Assembly (NCBI GenBank): GCA_007378985.1 | Contig: VMHB01000003.1 | Coordinates: 28,283 to 92,282, forward strand | Direction: 5' to 3' | DNA from: Parcubacteria group bacterium Greene0714_7 | GTDB taxonomy: Bacteria; Patescibacteriota; Minisyncoccia; Phycocordibacterales; Phycocordibacteraceae | DNA: 64,000 nucleotides | Shown: positions 25,275 through 35,460 of the stretch, piece after piece | How positions within the stretch are numbered: the first letter of the stretch is position 1 | Layout: each line of letters opens with the position of its first letter | Notes under the pieces: model-generated | Told to the model about the DNA's origin: nothing | Databases searched by the model: none | Seen by the model: the letters and a program-made list of their open reading frames with translations, nothing else | Position numbers and translations under genes: made by a program

Positions 25275-26443
25275 TGCGTCTTATGTCTAACGGGATGAAA
25301 AAAGCTCTAGTAGTCTTCGGGTCAGTAATTATATGCGCACTTTTGGCAGTAACTGTTTATTTTATACCTATTCTTAGAGGGGAATGTTACAAAGTTCCTG
25401 ATTATCTGAAACCTATCGCAGGCTCACAAGGGTATCGCATCTGGTCTGGCGACATACTCAAAAGTTTTGACCACAAAAACCGACCTGTGTGTGTGCCACA
25501 AGGTTGGGAAGCTGTTGGTGCCATAGAGACTGGCGCTGGATGGGCGAAATTTGAGACAAATTTGACGGGCGTTCTTATTCGCTCCGATGCATTCACACTA
25601 CAGAGTATTCAGCCGAAACACAGCATATATAGGGTAGATATTTTATATCCCGTAACCACAACAGAAAGTTCAATACAACGGTATGTTGCCATTATTGAAA
25701 ATGCGTTCAATCGCACAGGGAAATTGTTTAATGATGCTCCTAAAGAACAACGAGTTCCACATGTGGTTCTTATTACTGCAGGCCTTGCCGGAAATGCAGA
25801 CGAAGATGCTACACATGTGTATCCAGACCCAAGCGCAAGAGTTAGTGCTTTCGTGCGCACATCAGATAGTCTTCGCGGAGAGGAACTCTTCATTCACGCA
25901 GTAATGCACCTTTACAACAGGCATCAGAATGGCGCACTACCTTATCAAAAGTTACAGTCGCCCTTTACAGAAGAAGATTGGCAGGAGGTTGAGGCTACTT
26001 GGGCAGAAACAGCATTTACTACTTCTGCGGAGCAATCAGGGCGTATTGTGTATCTCTATGGTGTTCATACAGCACTCAGAACTGGAAACTTTTCACTTAT
26101 AAAAGAAGCGCCTTTTAATAATCAAAAAGCCTTTGAGAAAATTAGGCAAAGTGTGATTGTTGCGCCGGGTTCTCCGAACCTCGATTATCAATATGGACAT
26201 TACGTGCTCGCCCCACTTTCGATGCTTGCGGTTGATGGTATGTTGCAGGAGTCACGCGCTGGTACTGGTGTAGAAAAAATTCTTACTGATATTCATGCAG
26301 GGAAAGCCAGTAACTTCTTTGATGAGCTTCAAAAAACCCTTTCAAAGGAAGACGTTCAACGTGCTCGGGGCTGGTTTGAAGGGAGAGAGACCATACCGAC
26401 TAGTGTAATCAATTTGGTCGTTGCTTCTTATAAATCTCAGTAA
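25274..26443 (+). CDS. hypothetical membrane-anchored protein
   Basis: N-terminal TM segment. No motif recognised. Confidence 0.45.
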   Translation: MRLMSNGMKKALVVFGSVIICALLAVTVYFIPILRGECYKVPDYLKPIAGSQGYRIWSGDILKSFDHKNRPVCVPQGWEAVGAIETGAGWAKFETNLTGVLIRSDAFTLQSIQPKHSIYRVDILYPVTTTESSIQRYVAIIENAFNRTGKLFNDAPKEQRVPHVVLITAGLAGNADEDATHVYPDPSARVSAFVRTSDSLRGEELFIHAVMHLYNRHQNGALPYQKLQSPFTEEDWQEVEATWAETAFTTSAEQSGRIVYLYGVHTALRTGNFSLIKEAPFNNQKAFEKIRQSVIVAPGSPNLDYQYGHYVLAPLSMLAVDGMLQESRAGTGVEKILTDIHAGKASNFFDELQKTLSKEDVQRARGWFEGRETIPTSVINLVVASYKSQ

Positions 26444-26478
26444 TTGCATCTCTATTCTAGAGGGTGGGGAATTAGAGT

Positions 26479-26886
26479 ATGGGTATTCGTGATAGAATCG
26501 ACACTACCGCTATGAATGCCACCGATGTATATCGAGAGTTAAAGACAAGGTCTATAGGGGCATCTCGCATTTTTCATCGAGAGCTACTGATTGTGGATTC
26601 TACAGTTTTTGATGAATACGAAGTACATTTTGTGAAAGTTTTTCACGCACTCAACAGAAAAACAAACTATAGAACGCCAGGGACATTTAGACACATTCAC
26701 GCAATAAAATCAGGTTCCTTAGTTGAGATTCACTATGATTTTGGAAACCTTAACAAATTTTTTGTTATGGCTGTTCCGCATTTCTTTTTAGACATGGTGC
26801 CTTATTTTTTATATCACCTAATTACATTTAGAAAGCCATACAGTATTGATGTGCAAATTCTTGAATCACAAATACATAAAACATAA
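26479..26886 (+). CDS. hypothetical protein
   Basis: ORF only. Confidence 0.4.
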   Translation: MGIRDRIDTTAMNATDVYRELKTRSIGASRIFHRELLIVDSTVFDEYEVHFVKVFHALNRKTNYRTPGTFRHIHAIKSGSLVEIHYDFGNLNKFFVMAVPHFFLDMVPYFLYHLITFRKPYSIDVQILESQIHKT

Positions 26887-27293
26887 GCTCCGTCAGGAGA
26901 TTTTTTAAAAAGTTTTTTCTAAAATCTATTTTAGTCCGTCGAGTTGATTTACCGTAGACCACTGAGTGTCTGTCTTTTCATTCACTTGTGTAGTGCTATT
27001 TGCTACAGTTGCCAGTTCTTCAAGGTAGAGCTCTTTTTCGCGAGCCATCCGCTTTCTTATGCCGAAGAGGTCAAACATAGTTTTGTGTTATTGGAATACG
27101 GCAAGTATGGCATTCACGATAGGTGTGAGAAGTGAAAGAATGAATAGGATGAGGTTTATAAAAAATTGAACTATTTGCACAATGAGAGAAAAAAACTGTT
27201 GAAATAACTGTACGAAATCCATGGTGTATAGATTATTTTAATAAAGTAGCCACATATGTCACTTTATGAAAATAATGATATCACGCTTATTTT

Positions 27294-28076
27294 TTAGAGC
27301 ATGATGTCTGTAAAGAGAGCGAATGCGGGTATATCATTGAACACTCTTGCGGGTGTTTCCGCGTATGTCCCACTCTGGGCTAGTGTGCGTTCAAGGGCTG
27401 GTTGTTTGCTAATTCCGGTTACATAGCCCACTCCTCCTGTAATGTGTTTGCGTAGAAAAGGTAGTGTAGCGGTCGCTCTTAAGGGTATTGGATTTTTACC
27501 ACGAGCATCGTACCCAACGACAGCCCTCCTTTCGTCTTCAAAAAGTATATCGAACATGCCAGGGTCTTCTGCGTACGGCATGATGCCTGCTGTATGGCCG
27601 TCAGCTCCCATGCCGAATGTTGCGAGTATATGTCCTGTTGGATTTTCCTCAATCCATTTCCTCCACGCCTGCTCCATAGTGGTTGCTAGTGTCTCGACTC
27701 TTTCAAATCGCATACTTGTATCAATGGCACGCGCGCCTCTTGCTGTTGTGTTTTTAAAGAAACTTGTTTCCTTCAGGGTTGCAAAATTATTTTCTTTTGG
27801 ATTTTTCGTAAATCGCTCATCTAAAACACCAAGTGTAAGGTTGGATGTGTTTTCAGGTAAGGTGACATGCATAAGGATTCCAAGGGCAGAGCCACTCGAA
27901 AAAAGAATCAAAGCAGGTTCGCTCTCCATTTTCATGAGTAGGGAAGAGAAGTACGCACCAGCTTTCTGTTTCAATACCTCCTCGTTTAGGTTCCTGATTA
28001 TTTCCATGTTTTTTAATCCTATCATTTTCTTTCTGTATCCATATATACTAGTGAGATTATGAAACTTGGGTCTCAA
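27294..28076 (-). CDS. pgl: 6-phosphogluconolactonase
   Basis: The GMGADGHTAGIMP signature of the 6PGL/NagB family. Confidence 0.8.
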   Translation of the reverse strand: MRPKFHNLTSIYGYRKKMIGLKNMEIIRNLNEEVLKQKAGAYFSSLLMKMESEPALILFSSGSALGILMHVTLPENTSNLTLGVLDERFTKNPKENNFATLKETSFFKNTTARGARAIDTSMRFERVETLATTMEQAWRKWIEENPTGHILATFGMGADGHTAGIMPYAEDPGMFDILFEDERRAVVGYDARGKNPIPLRATATLPFLRKHITGGVGYVTGISKQPALERTLAQSGTYAETPARVFNDIPAFALFTDIML

Positions 28077-28949
28077 CGCATTGGCGATTTATGCATTCTT
28101 TCTGAAGCGGTTTTATGGGGAGCTTTCCCTGTTATTACGATTCTTTCTTTCACCTCGCTCACACCGCTAGTGTCTCTGGGTTGGAGTACTCTTCTGGCAT
28201 CTGTTGTGTTCGGCGTTCTACTTACTGTGCGTGGAAAATGGTCAGATGTATGGAATCCTCGCGCAATGAAAGATGTACTTCTTACCGCATTTGTTTTAGG
28301 TTTCCTTTACTACATACTTTTCTTTTTTGGTTTGCAGTATACGAGCGCAGGGAACGCAAGCATTATTGCATTGTCGGAATTATTTTTTAGTTACTGTTTT
28401 TTTCATTTATTTAGAAAAGAACATATCCCACCAGTCCACCTTATTGGAGCTGTGTTAATGATTTTTGCCGCAGGAGTAATTCTCTATCCTAATATACACG
28501 CATTCCAAATAGGGGATCTTCTTATTCTTGGAGCATCCTTGATTGCACCCTTCGGTAATTTATTACAAAGAAGGGCAAGGAGGGAAGTATCTAGTGAAAG
28601 CATTATGTTTGTTCGTAGTGTTGTTACAACTGTCGCAGTTTTTTGCCTTGCGTATGCCTTCGGCACAAATCCTCTCAGTATTAATTTTGATGGTGGAATC
28701 TTATGGGTTCTTTTGATTAACGGTATTTTTCTCTTTGGATTTAGCAAAATTCTTTGGATAGAGGGTATACACCGTATTAGTGTCACGAAGGCAAACGCCC
28801 TAGCAAGTCTTTCGCCTCTCGTTACATTAATCCTTGCCTATGTACTTTTGAATACAGTCCCAACCGTATGGCAAGTTTTTGCATTCGTACCTATGTTTTT
28901 AGGTGTGTTGTTATTGAGTCAGCATAAACAAAAAACACCCGCACTGTAG
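28059..28949 (+). CDS. DMT (EamA-like) family transporter
   Basis: Ten TM helices in a two-domain EamA arrangement. The terminator CACCCGCACTGTAGGTGCGGGTGTTTTTT overlaps the stop codon. Confidence 0.75.
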   Translation: MKLGSQRIGDLCILSEAVLWGAFPVITILSFTSLTPLVSLGWSTLLASVVFGVLLTVRGKWSDVWNPRAMKDVLLTAFVLGFLYYILFFFGLQYTSAGNASIIALSELFFSYCFFHLFRKEHIPPVHLIGAVLMIFAAGVILYPNIHAFQIGDLLILGASLIAPFGNLLQRRARREVSSESIMFVRSVVTTVAVFCLAYAFGTNPLSINFDGGILWVLLINGIFLFGFSKILWIEGIHRISVTKANALASLSPLVTLILAYVLLNTVPTVWQVFAFVPMFLGVLLLSQHKQKTPAL

Positions 28950-28973
28950 GTGCGGGTGTTTTTTGAGTTAAAA

Positions 28974-29136
28974 ACTATTTTGCCTTGCCGAGAATCTTGT
29001 ACATACCCGTACTACATACGGTGCAGGTACCTTTCATGGCACGGCGGTCTCCGGTTTTACCCATAGCGACCTCCTCAGCGTCCTTCATTTCACGCTTCTC
29101 TTTACACTTAACGCAATATCCTATAACTGGCTCCAT
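28974..29136 (-). pseudogene. small CxxC...CxxC zinc-ribbon protein gene (about 53 aa, DUF5679-like), disrupted by a +1 frameshift in a T4/A4 run at ~29097-29100
   Basis: Frame 1 reads MEPVIGYCVKCKREA then a stop. Downstream frame reads MKDAEEVAMGKTGDRRAMKGTCTVCSTGMYKILGKAK. Removing one A restores ...CVKCKEKREMKDA..., giving four Cys residues. Confidence 0.5.
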
Positions 29137-29209
29137 AGTGTGGTATTTATTAAATAATTATACTCATTCATAGTATCATGGGCGCAAGGTATACGGTCTT
29201 ACTCGTATA

Positions 29210-30079
29210 ATGAACCCTCTTTTTTACAAAAGACTTATGAAAGAAGCCACTTTTATAGAAAAAATACACAATCGCTGGTCGCAGGTTGGCATGATCTGTG
29301 TTGGCCTCGATCCCGATTTTTCACAAATCCCCGATATTCTCAAGGCAGAAAATTCATCAATTGAAGAGGTTCTTTTTGCATTCAATAGAGAAATTATAGA
29401 TGCCACCGCTGATCTTGTGTGCGCGTATAAGCCAAATGTGGCATTTTATGAAGCACATGGAGAAGCCGGAGCACGAGCCCTTGCGCGAACAGTGGCACAC
29501 ATCAAGGATGCGTATGCAGAAATTCCAATTATCTTAGATGCAAAGCGAGCTGATATTGGTAATACCAACCTTTACTATGTAAAGGCTGTTTTTGATGAAC
29601 TTGGAGCGGACGCTATTACTATCCATCCATATCTAGGAAAAGAAGCAGTTCAACCATTTCTTGATCGTAAAGATAAGGGGGTTATTGTTTTGGTGAAAAC
29701 TTCAAATTCGGGAGGAGAAGAATTTCAAAATTTAAAAGTTACTGATTCTGGAGAGCCACTCTACAGGGTGGTAGCAAGAAATATCGCAAGCTCATGGAAT
29801 GCAAATGAAAACTGTAGTGTAGTGGTTGGTGCGACCTATCCTGAAGAACTTGCCGAGGTGCGATCCGTTATTGGCGACATGCCCATTTTGATTCCGGGAG
29901 TTGGGGCGCAAGGTGGAGATATTCAAAAGACAGTCATGGCAGGAAAAGACAGCAAGGGTTTTGGAATGATGATTAGTGCATCAAGAAGTATTATCTTTGC
30001 ATCGAGCGGAGCTGATTTTGCACAAGCTTCACGAAAAGCAACAGAGAGTCTTAGTGTAGAGATTGGTGCTGTCAATTAA
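29210..30079 (+). CDS. pyrF: orotidine 5'-phosphate decarboxylase (type 2)
   Basis: ICVGLDPD and ILDAKRADIGNT motifs. Confidence 0.85.
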   Translation: MNPLFYKRLMKEATFIEKIHNRWSQVGMICVGLDPDFSQIPDILKAENSSIEEVLFAFNREIIDATADLVCAYKPNVAFYEAHGEAGARALARTVAHIKDAYAEIPIILDAKRADIGNTNLYYVKAVFDELGADAITIHPYLGKEAVQPFLDRKDKGVIVLVKTSNSGGEEFQNLKVTDSGEPLYRVVARNIASSWNANENCSVVVGATYPEELAEVRSVIGDMPILIPGVGAQGGDIQKTVMAGKDSKGFGMMISASRSIIFASSGADFAQASRKATESLSVEIGAVN

Positions 30080-30198
30080 AGGCGGTTTTTTAGATGGGTT
30101 CTAGTAAGAGACTGTGTGGTCGAGCGTCTTAGTATGTAGGTCTGAATGACAGGCCGTTAATTCTAAAAGACACGCAGTATGCGTGCACACATAAAAAT

Positions 30199-30957
30199 AT
30201 GTACACTATCTCTAAAAGTTTCGCCCTCGTAGTGCCAGTGACACTACTCGTTCTCGGTTCCTTATTTATTAGCCCTTTTCTTGCTTCGGCAAATGGGAAT
30301 GAAGGTAATAAGAAGTCAGGTCCACATGCGGTTGGCTCAACTCTTGAGATTCGTATCGAAGATAATAATTCGGTGCTTGTTCGCGGGGCAAAAGTCACTG
30401 CCGTATCTGGTTCAGTGATTAGTGCAGAGACCGCTTTTGGTGCAACAGTACTCTCGTGGACTGTTCGTACAAATGCAAGTACTGTCTTTACGCATCGTGC
30501 TGATGGATCGTCGTCACTCTCAACGATTTCCCCTGGTGACTACGTGAGTTTCAGAGGGGTCCTCAACACAGGAACCTCAGGACTAACCGTAGACGCTAAG
30601 TCTGTTAAAGATTGGTCGCGTTCTGTACAGATAGAAAATACCCGAGCATTTAACGGTAGTGTGCAAAGTATTGACACAGCGAATATGAAATTCGTACTGG
30701 ATAGCAGGGGTGTTGAAGGTCTTATTACTGTAAAGCTTGCAACAAGTTCCGTAATTACTAACGGCGATGTTGCTTTTGCTTTCGCAAATATCAAAGTGGC
30801 TGATCAAGCGAAGGTTTCAGGTACCTACGACAGCACTACAAAGGTTCTCACTGCTACAAAGGTTGTGATAGTTCGAGAGGATACAAATGGTCGAAGAATA
30901 TTCAAAGAAAGAATACAGTCTTTCAAGGATCGCTTCCATTTCAATTTCTGGAAGTAA
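30199..30957 (+). CDS. secreted protein with two repeated beta-rich domains, hypothetical
   Basis: Signal peptide. An internal duplication of an approximately 80-aa module. Confidence 0.45.
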   Translation: MYTISKSFALVVPVTLLVLGSLFISPFLASANGNEGNKKSGPHAVGSTLEIRIEDNNSVLVRGAKVTAVSGSVISAETAFGATVLSWTVRTNASTVFTHRADGSSSLSTISPGDYVSFRGVLNTGTSGLTVDAKSVKDWSRSVQIENTRAFNGSVQSIDTANMKFVLDSRGVEGLITVKLATSSVITNGDVAFAFANIKVADQAKVSGTYDSTTKVLTATKVVIVREDTNGRRIFKERIQSFKDRFHFNFWK

Positions 30958-30978
30958 CAAGTCTGGGATCCCTAAACC

Positions 30979-31019
30979 AAAAACCGAGCAGGTCGCATCA
31001 GCGACCTGCTCGGTTTTTT
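30979..31019 (+). terminator. rho-independent terminator CCGAGCAGGTCGC-ATCA-GCGACCTGCTCGGTTTTTT
   Basis: Perfect 13-bp stem with a T-run; bidirectional. Confidence 0.85.
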
Positions 31020-31051
31020 GCATAGAAAGGTTACAATAAACCAATCGCCCT

Positions 31052-31531
31052 ATGTTAAAAATCACCAGCACACGTTTTGAAGAAAATGCGCTCATTCCTG
31101 CTCTCTATACCTGTGATGGAGAAAATAAAAGTCCTGCGCTTTCTATCACTGGTGTGCCAGAATCCGCAAAGTCGCTCGTACTTATTGTGGATGATCCTGA
31201 TATTCCAGAGGTTGTGAAAAGTGCTATCGGTACAGACGTTTTTGATCACTGGATAGTATGTAATATACCGCCCCCATTGATAGGTGAAGTGATAGAAATT
31301 CCTGACGGTGTAACTCCTCCGGGCGTTCAGGGAAACAACACTCGTGGTGTTTCTTCATACATGGGGCCATGTCCACCTGATCGTGAGCATAGGTATTTCT
31401 TCAAGCTCTTCGCACTTGACCAGATGCTTCCGTTTACTCGGGGAGCAACACGCCGAGATGTGGAGCAGGCAATGCAAGGGCACGTTTTAGAGTCTACCCA
31501 ACTTATTGCTCGTTATGATCGGAAGAAGTAA
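31052..31531 (+). CDS. YbhB/YbcL-type PEBP family protein
   Basis: LVLIVDDPDIPE...FDHWIVCNIPP, a PEBP signature. Confidence 0.8.
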   Translation: MLKITSTRFEENALIPALYTCDGENKSPALSITGVPESAKSLVLIVDDPDIPEVVKSAIGTDVFDHWIVCNIPPPLIGEVIEIPDGVTPPGVQGNNTRGVSSYMGPCPPDREHRYFFKLFALDQMLPFTRGATRRDVEQAMQGHVLESTQLIARYDRKK

Positions 31532-31802
31532 GCAGAAAGCAGTGCGCAGTTTAAAGAAAGAGGCAGTTGATGCTCCGTTCTCGATTCGTGTTCGTGTGAC
31601 TCCAAAAAGTAAACGTGAGTTCGTTACGACAGGGAAAGGTGGGGCATTTGAAGTCAGTGTTAAGGAGCCGGCTAAGGACAATCGAGCAAACGTGAGAGTC
31701 TGCCAGCTAATTGCGGAACATCTTGGTGTACCAAGGAAAAACGTGATTATCACGAAAGGTTCTGAGTCCCGTAGTAAGATGATATTAGTTTATAAGAGAT
31801 AA
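31506..31802 (+). CDS. DUF167/YggU family protein
   Basis: VRVTPKSKREFV...NVRVCQLIAEHLGVPRKNVIITKGSESRSK. Confidence 0.65.
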   Translation: MLVMIGRSKQKAVRSLKKEAVDAPFSIRVRVTPKSKREFVTTGKGGAFEVSVKEPAKDNRANVRVCQLIAEHLGVPRKNVIITKGSESRSKMILVYKR

Positions 31803-31811
31803 CCTGGAAGT

Positions 31812-32183
31812 ATGCACATAAATCTCAAAGCCACCGGTTCAGTAGTTTTAACGGAAGAGCTCCGTGAGTTTGTTGCGGAAAAGGTGCGTAAAATTGAACA
31901 TCTTCTCGATTCTAAAGATACGAGCACGATGGCGGATATAGAACTTGCTACAACTACACGCGGACAAAAAACCGGTGATGTATTTCGTGCCGAAATCAAT
32001 TTGCAGTTTGCTGGTGGTTTTGTGCGTGCGGAAGCGATAGAAGAAACACTCCATCACGCAGTTGAAGTAGCAGTTGAAGAAGCACGACGGGAAATCCGAA
32101 AAACTTTCGGGCGTAAGCGCACGCTCATGCGCCGTGGTGCTACAAAAATAAAAGATTTTTTCCGAGGGTTTGGAGGTTCATGA
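31812..32183 (+). CDS. hpf: ribosome hibernation promoting factor / RaiA
   Basis: YfiA/HPF fold signature (INLKATG..., FRAEINLQFAGG). Confidence 0.75.
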   Translation: MHINLKATGSVVLTEELREFVAEKVRKIEHLLDSKDTSTMADIELATTTRGQKTGDVFRAEINLQFAGGFVRAEAIEETLHHAVEVAVEEARREIRKTFGRKRTLMRRGATKIKDFFRGFGGS

Positions 32184-33505
32184 AAGACGAGATTATTTCT
32201 CTCTATTCTGCTCACATTACTGAGCAAAAACAAAAGGTGTTAGATATTCTTTCTGTTTCAGGATTTGATGCGCTTATTATTTATTCCGGCACTCCGCTTC
32301 GATACTATGCCGATGACCAAGATGCGCCGTTTCGTGCGTACCCGCATTTTGCACACTTCGCACCTTTAAATGAAGTAGGTAGTTTTCTTTTAATTCAAAA
32401 AGGGACTAAACCTCTTTTGGTTCGTGTTAAGCCTGATGATTATTGGCATGAGCAAATCTCTCTCGCCGAGTCTTTCTGGATTTCCGATTTCGAGTTCATT
32501 GAAGTATCTTCTCCTGACTCCGCATGGAAAGAACTAAATGTTCGACTTACGAAATCGAACATAAAAAGTTTTCTGTATATGGGGGATAATCCAGCTGAAG
32601 CGAAGGTGCACGGGGTTGATGAAAAAGCGATAAACCCAGACGAACTTATTGCTCGCTTGGATACGGAGAGGAGCTATAAAACCCCATATGAGATTGCTTG
32701 TATTAGCGAGGCGAATAGGATTGCGTCGGAGGGACACAAGAGTGCTCATGAGGTATTTCTTGGTGGTGCATCAGAGCTTGAAATTCATCAGGCGTATATG
32801 AAAGCAGTGGGAGGTGTGGAGTATGAGTTGCCCTATGAAACTATTGTGGCTCTTAATGAAAAAGGTTCAATTCTCCACTACCAAGGAAAACGAAAAGAAC
32901 CAAAAAGTGGCAAGTCGCTTTTACTGGATGCAGGTGCAAGATATCTGGGTTATGCATCAGACATAACGCGCACATATGTGGCACCCGATGCCGACCCTCT
33001 TTTTGTTGAACTTCTTGCTGGAGTTGAAAAAATACAACAGGAACTTTGCGGTCTCGTAAAACCAGGACTTTCTTTTGCTGACTTACAAAAAGAAACACAC
33101 CTCAAAATTGGAGACTTACTTTTTTCGTTCGGTATTTTTAAAATTGACGGGAAAGAAGCTTCCGAACTCGGGCTAACTAAAGTCTTTTTTCCGCATGGTG
33201 TAGGACATATGCTCGGACTCCAAGTGCATGATGTTGGGGGAGTAAAGAGAGATTCAAAAGATACGCCAGATACGAAAAATTTGCGAACGAAGGGAGTTGT
33301 GGAAGTAGGGCAGGTGTTTACCATAGAGCCAGGTGTGTATTTCATTGAAATGTTGCTTCGTCCACATAGAAGCGGTGATACTGCAAAACACTTCAACTGG
33401 GAGCTTATTGACCGCCTCGCGCCTTACGGTGGAGTGCGCATAGAAGATGATGTGTTGGTGACAGAAAATGGTATTCGAAATCTCACTAGAGAATATCTTA
33501 GCTAA
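32180..33505 (+). CDS. Xaa-Pro aminopeptidase/dipeptidase (M24B)
   Basis: HGVGHMLGLQVHDVGG, and metal ligands in M24 order. Confidence 0.85.
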   Translation: MKDEIISLYSAHITEQKQKVLDILSVSGFDALIIYSGTPLRYYADDQDAPFRAYPHFAHFAPLNEVGSFLLIQKGTKPLLVRVKPDDYWHEQISLAESFWISDFEFIEVSSPDSAWKELNVRLTKSNIKSFLYMGDNPAEAKVHGVDEKAINPDELIARLDTERSYKTPYEIACISEANRIASEGHKSAHEVFLGGASELEIHQAYMKAVGGVEYELPYETIVALNEKGSILHYQGKRKEPKSGKSLLLDAGARYLGYASDITRTYVAPDADPLFVELLAGVEKIQQELCGLVKPGLSFADLQKETHLKIGDLLFSFGIFKIDGKEASELGLTKVFFPHGVGHMLGLQVHDVGGVKRDSKDTPDTKNLRTKGVVEVGQVFTIEPGVYFIEMLLRPHRSGDTAKHFNWELIDRLAPYGGVRIEDDVLVTENGIRNLTREYLS

Positions 33506-33527
33506 GATATATATTAAAACTGACTGT

Positions 33528-33555
33528 TTGACACTCATCTTAGTCAAGGTATAAT
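33528..33555 (+). promoter_or_regulatory. consensus sigma70 promoter TTGACA-N16-TATAAT driving the small ORF 33584-33751 (55 aa)
   Basis: Perfect hexamers. An AAAGG SD lies 15 nt upstream of the ATG at 33584. Confidence 0.5.
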
Positions 33556-33935
33556 ATTTTATTAAAGGCTAACACTACAAAATATGTCTAACGAAGGAAA
33601 TCCCGCAAGTACAGAATGGCACTACATCACGACTGATACGGCCGACAAGGCTGTAGAAATTAAAAAAAGATTACACCTCCATCCAGGTCAAAAAGCACGA
33701 ATACATGAGGTGAGTGCAACAGAATTTGAAATCTTGATCACAGACAAGTAGTTTGATTTTTATATAACAAAAATATGGGAGAGGGAAAGAAAGAAAAAGT
33801 ACCCAGTCCAACTACGCTCAATCCATTTGATCCAAGCCTTGATCCAGAAGTTGCAGACAAAATAGCCACGCTTTTCATAGCATTAGTACGACGCCAAGGA
33901 AGCTCCTATCATCCTCAAGGCGGTAAACATCGAAA

Positions 33936-33984
33936 AACCCCTGTATAGTATAATTTAACGGTCGTTAAATTATACTATACAGGG
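33936..33984. repeat. 49-bp perfect palindrome CCCCTGTATAGTATAATTTAACG-gtc-CGTTAAATTATACTATACAGGGG. Flanked by an A-run and a T-run, so a candidate bidirectional terminator. It has a paralog at 1331-1372.
   Basis: Perfect inverted repeat, about 90% identical to the 1331-1372 palindrome. Confidence 0.6.
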
Positions 33985-34017
33985 GTTTTAGTTTCAGAAC
34001 ATGAAAGGTAGCTGAAA

Positions 34018-34881
34018 TTATGAACGTAGAAAGTCTGCGTAGTCCATTTCTTTTTTTCCTTCAGGGATGATGCGAGTGGGTGTGAATGCACCAGCTTCAT
34101 ATTTTGCATCTATTATTTTTATCCGTGCTTCTTTTCCATTGCGTGTCACAAAAAAATATGTGCCTGGCCAACCTTCGTATGCGCAGAACTTAAGGTAGTT
34201 TTGGTAGGCATCGGCCGTGAGATCAATAAGCCCATCTTCTTTTTTTAGTTTAGGAGTGAAGGTAGCTTCTGTATGGTTTTGTGCCTCTGCCTTGAGTGAA
34301 CCGTCGACAACGAGTGGAATAGATTCCGCAAGAAGCTTTCCACCTTCGTGCCACAACAAATCTTCAACCATGTTTCTCCTAAACGGCCATGGTTCTGGAG
34401 TAATAGAAGCTTGTGCAAGTATTGGGCCGTGGTCAGTTTCTTCATCAAGAAGAATAATGGATACACCTATTTCCTTTGCGTCAGTCAGTATTTGGCTTTC
34501 AATAGGGGACGGGCCACGAAACTTTGGTAATAGTGATGGATGCACGTTTAAGGTTCCATACTTTGGAATCGCGAGAAGCGCAGATGGAAGGAGTTTTCCA
34601 TACCCCGCAACAATAAATATGTCCCACTCACTGTTTAAAATAATGTCCGCAGCAGGATCTGAAAAATCTAAACGTTCAGGTTGAAGCACATCAATGCTTC
34701 TTTCTTCACCCCACACTTTTACTGGGGACGTTTTCATGAGGAGTCCTCTATCGGCTGGTTTATCTGGAACGGTCACAATGAGTGCAGGGAGTATTCCAGC
34801 ACTCTCAAGTTCATCAAGTACAAATGTTGAAAAAGAGGGAGTTCCAAAAAATACTATTCGTAATTTACTTTTCTGTGCCAT
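34018..34881 (-). CDS. fmt: methionyl-tRNA formyltransferase
   Basis: KLRIVFFGTPSFS and the formyltransferase core. Confidence 0.9.
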   Translation of the reverse strand: MAQKSKLRIVFFGTPSFSTFVLDELESAGILPALIVTVPDKPADRGLLMKTSPVKVWGEERSIDVLQPERLDFSDPAADIILNSEWDIFIVAGYGKLLPSALLAIPKYGTLNVHPSLLPKFRGPSPIESQILTDAKEIGVSIILLDEETDHGPILAQASITPEPWPFRRNMVEDLLWHEGGKLLAESIPLVVDGSLKAEAQNHTEATFTPKLKKEDGLIDLTADAYQNYLKFCAYEGWPGTYFFVTRNGKEARIKIIDAKYEAGAFTPTRIIPEGKKEMDYADFLRS

Positions 34882-34908
34882 GCAATTAATTGTATTGATG
34901 CGGTGTTT

Positions 34909-35433
34909 CTATTTTTCTTCTTTTGCTTTCAGCACCTCCACTGCTTTATCTACATAGAGGATTCCTTCAAGATGATCTGTCTCATGCTGGAATATTTGCG
35001 CAAGTAGCCCACTACCACCTCGTTCAAAGTGAATACCTTCTTCATCGTAGGCTCGCACCGTTGCTTGAAGAGAGCGCTTTATGGTCCCATGAAACCCTGG
35101 TACTGAAAGACATGCCTCATCAAGGAGTTCTTTTTTCCTCGAAATTTTTACTATCTTAGGATTAATGAATGCATAGTCGGCGTCATCATCTGGTTTGAGG
35201 GCGATATCGTTCCTGTCTTTGCTTTCAAGAACAAATCCTCGTACGACGAAGATACGATAGGGAATACCTATTTGATTTGCAGCTATTGCAACGCCATGTG
35301 AAGTACTTCGAAGCGAGCGAGACATGCGGTGCAAAATATCTCGGAGTTCCGCAGTTCCAAAAAGACTTTTTGGAACCTCTTTCATTTTTTGTTTAAGGAT
35401 TTTCGCTCCTTTGAGAACAATTGGATCGATCAT
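34909..35433 (-). CDS. def: peptide deformylase
   Basis: EACLSVPG and QHETDHLEG motifs. Confidence 0.9.
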   Translation of the reverse strand: MIDPIVLKGAKILKQKMKEVPKSLFGTAELRDILHRMSRSLRSTSHGVAIAANQIGIPYRIFVVRGFVLESKDRNDIALKPDDDADYAFINPKIVKISRKKELLDEACLSVPGFHGTIKRSLQATVRAYDEEGIHFERGGSGLLAQIFQHETDHLEGILYVDKAVEVLKAKEEK

Positions 35434-35460
35434 GTTAGATTTTGTTACGAGCGAAGCGAG

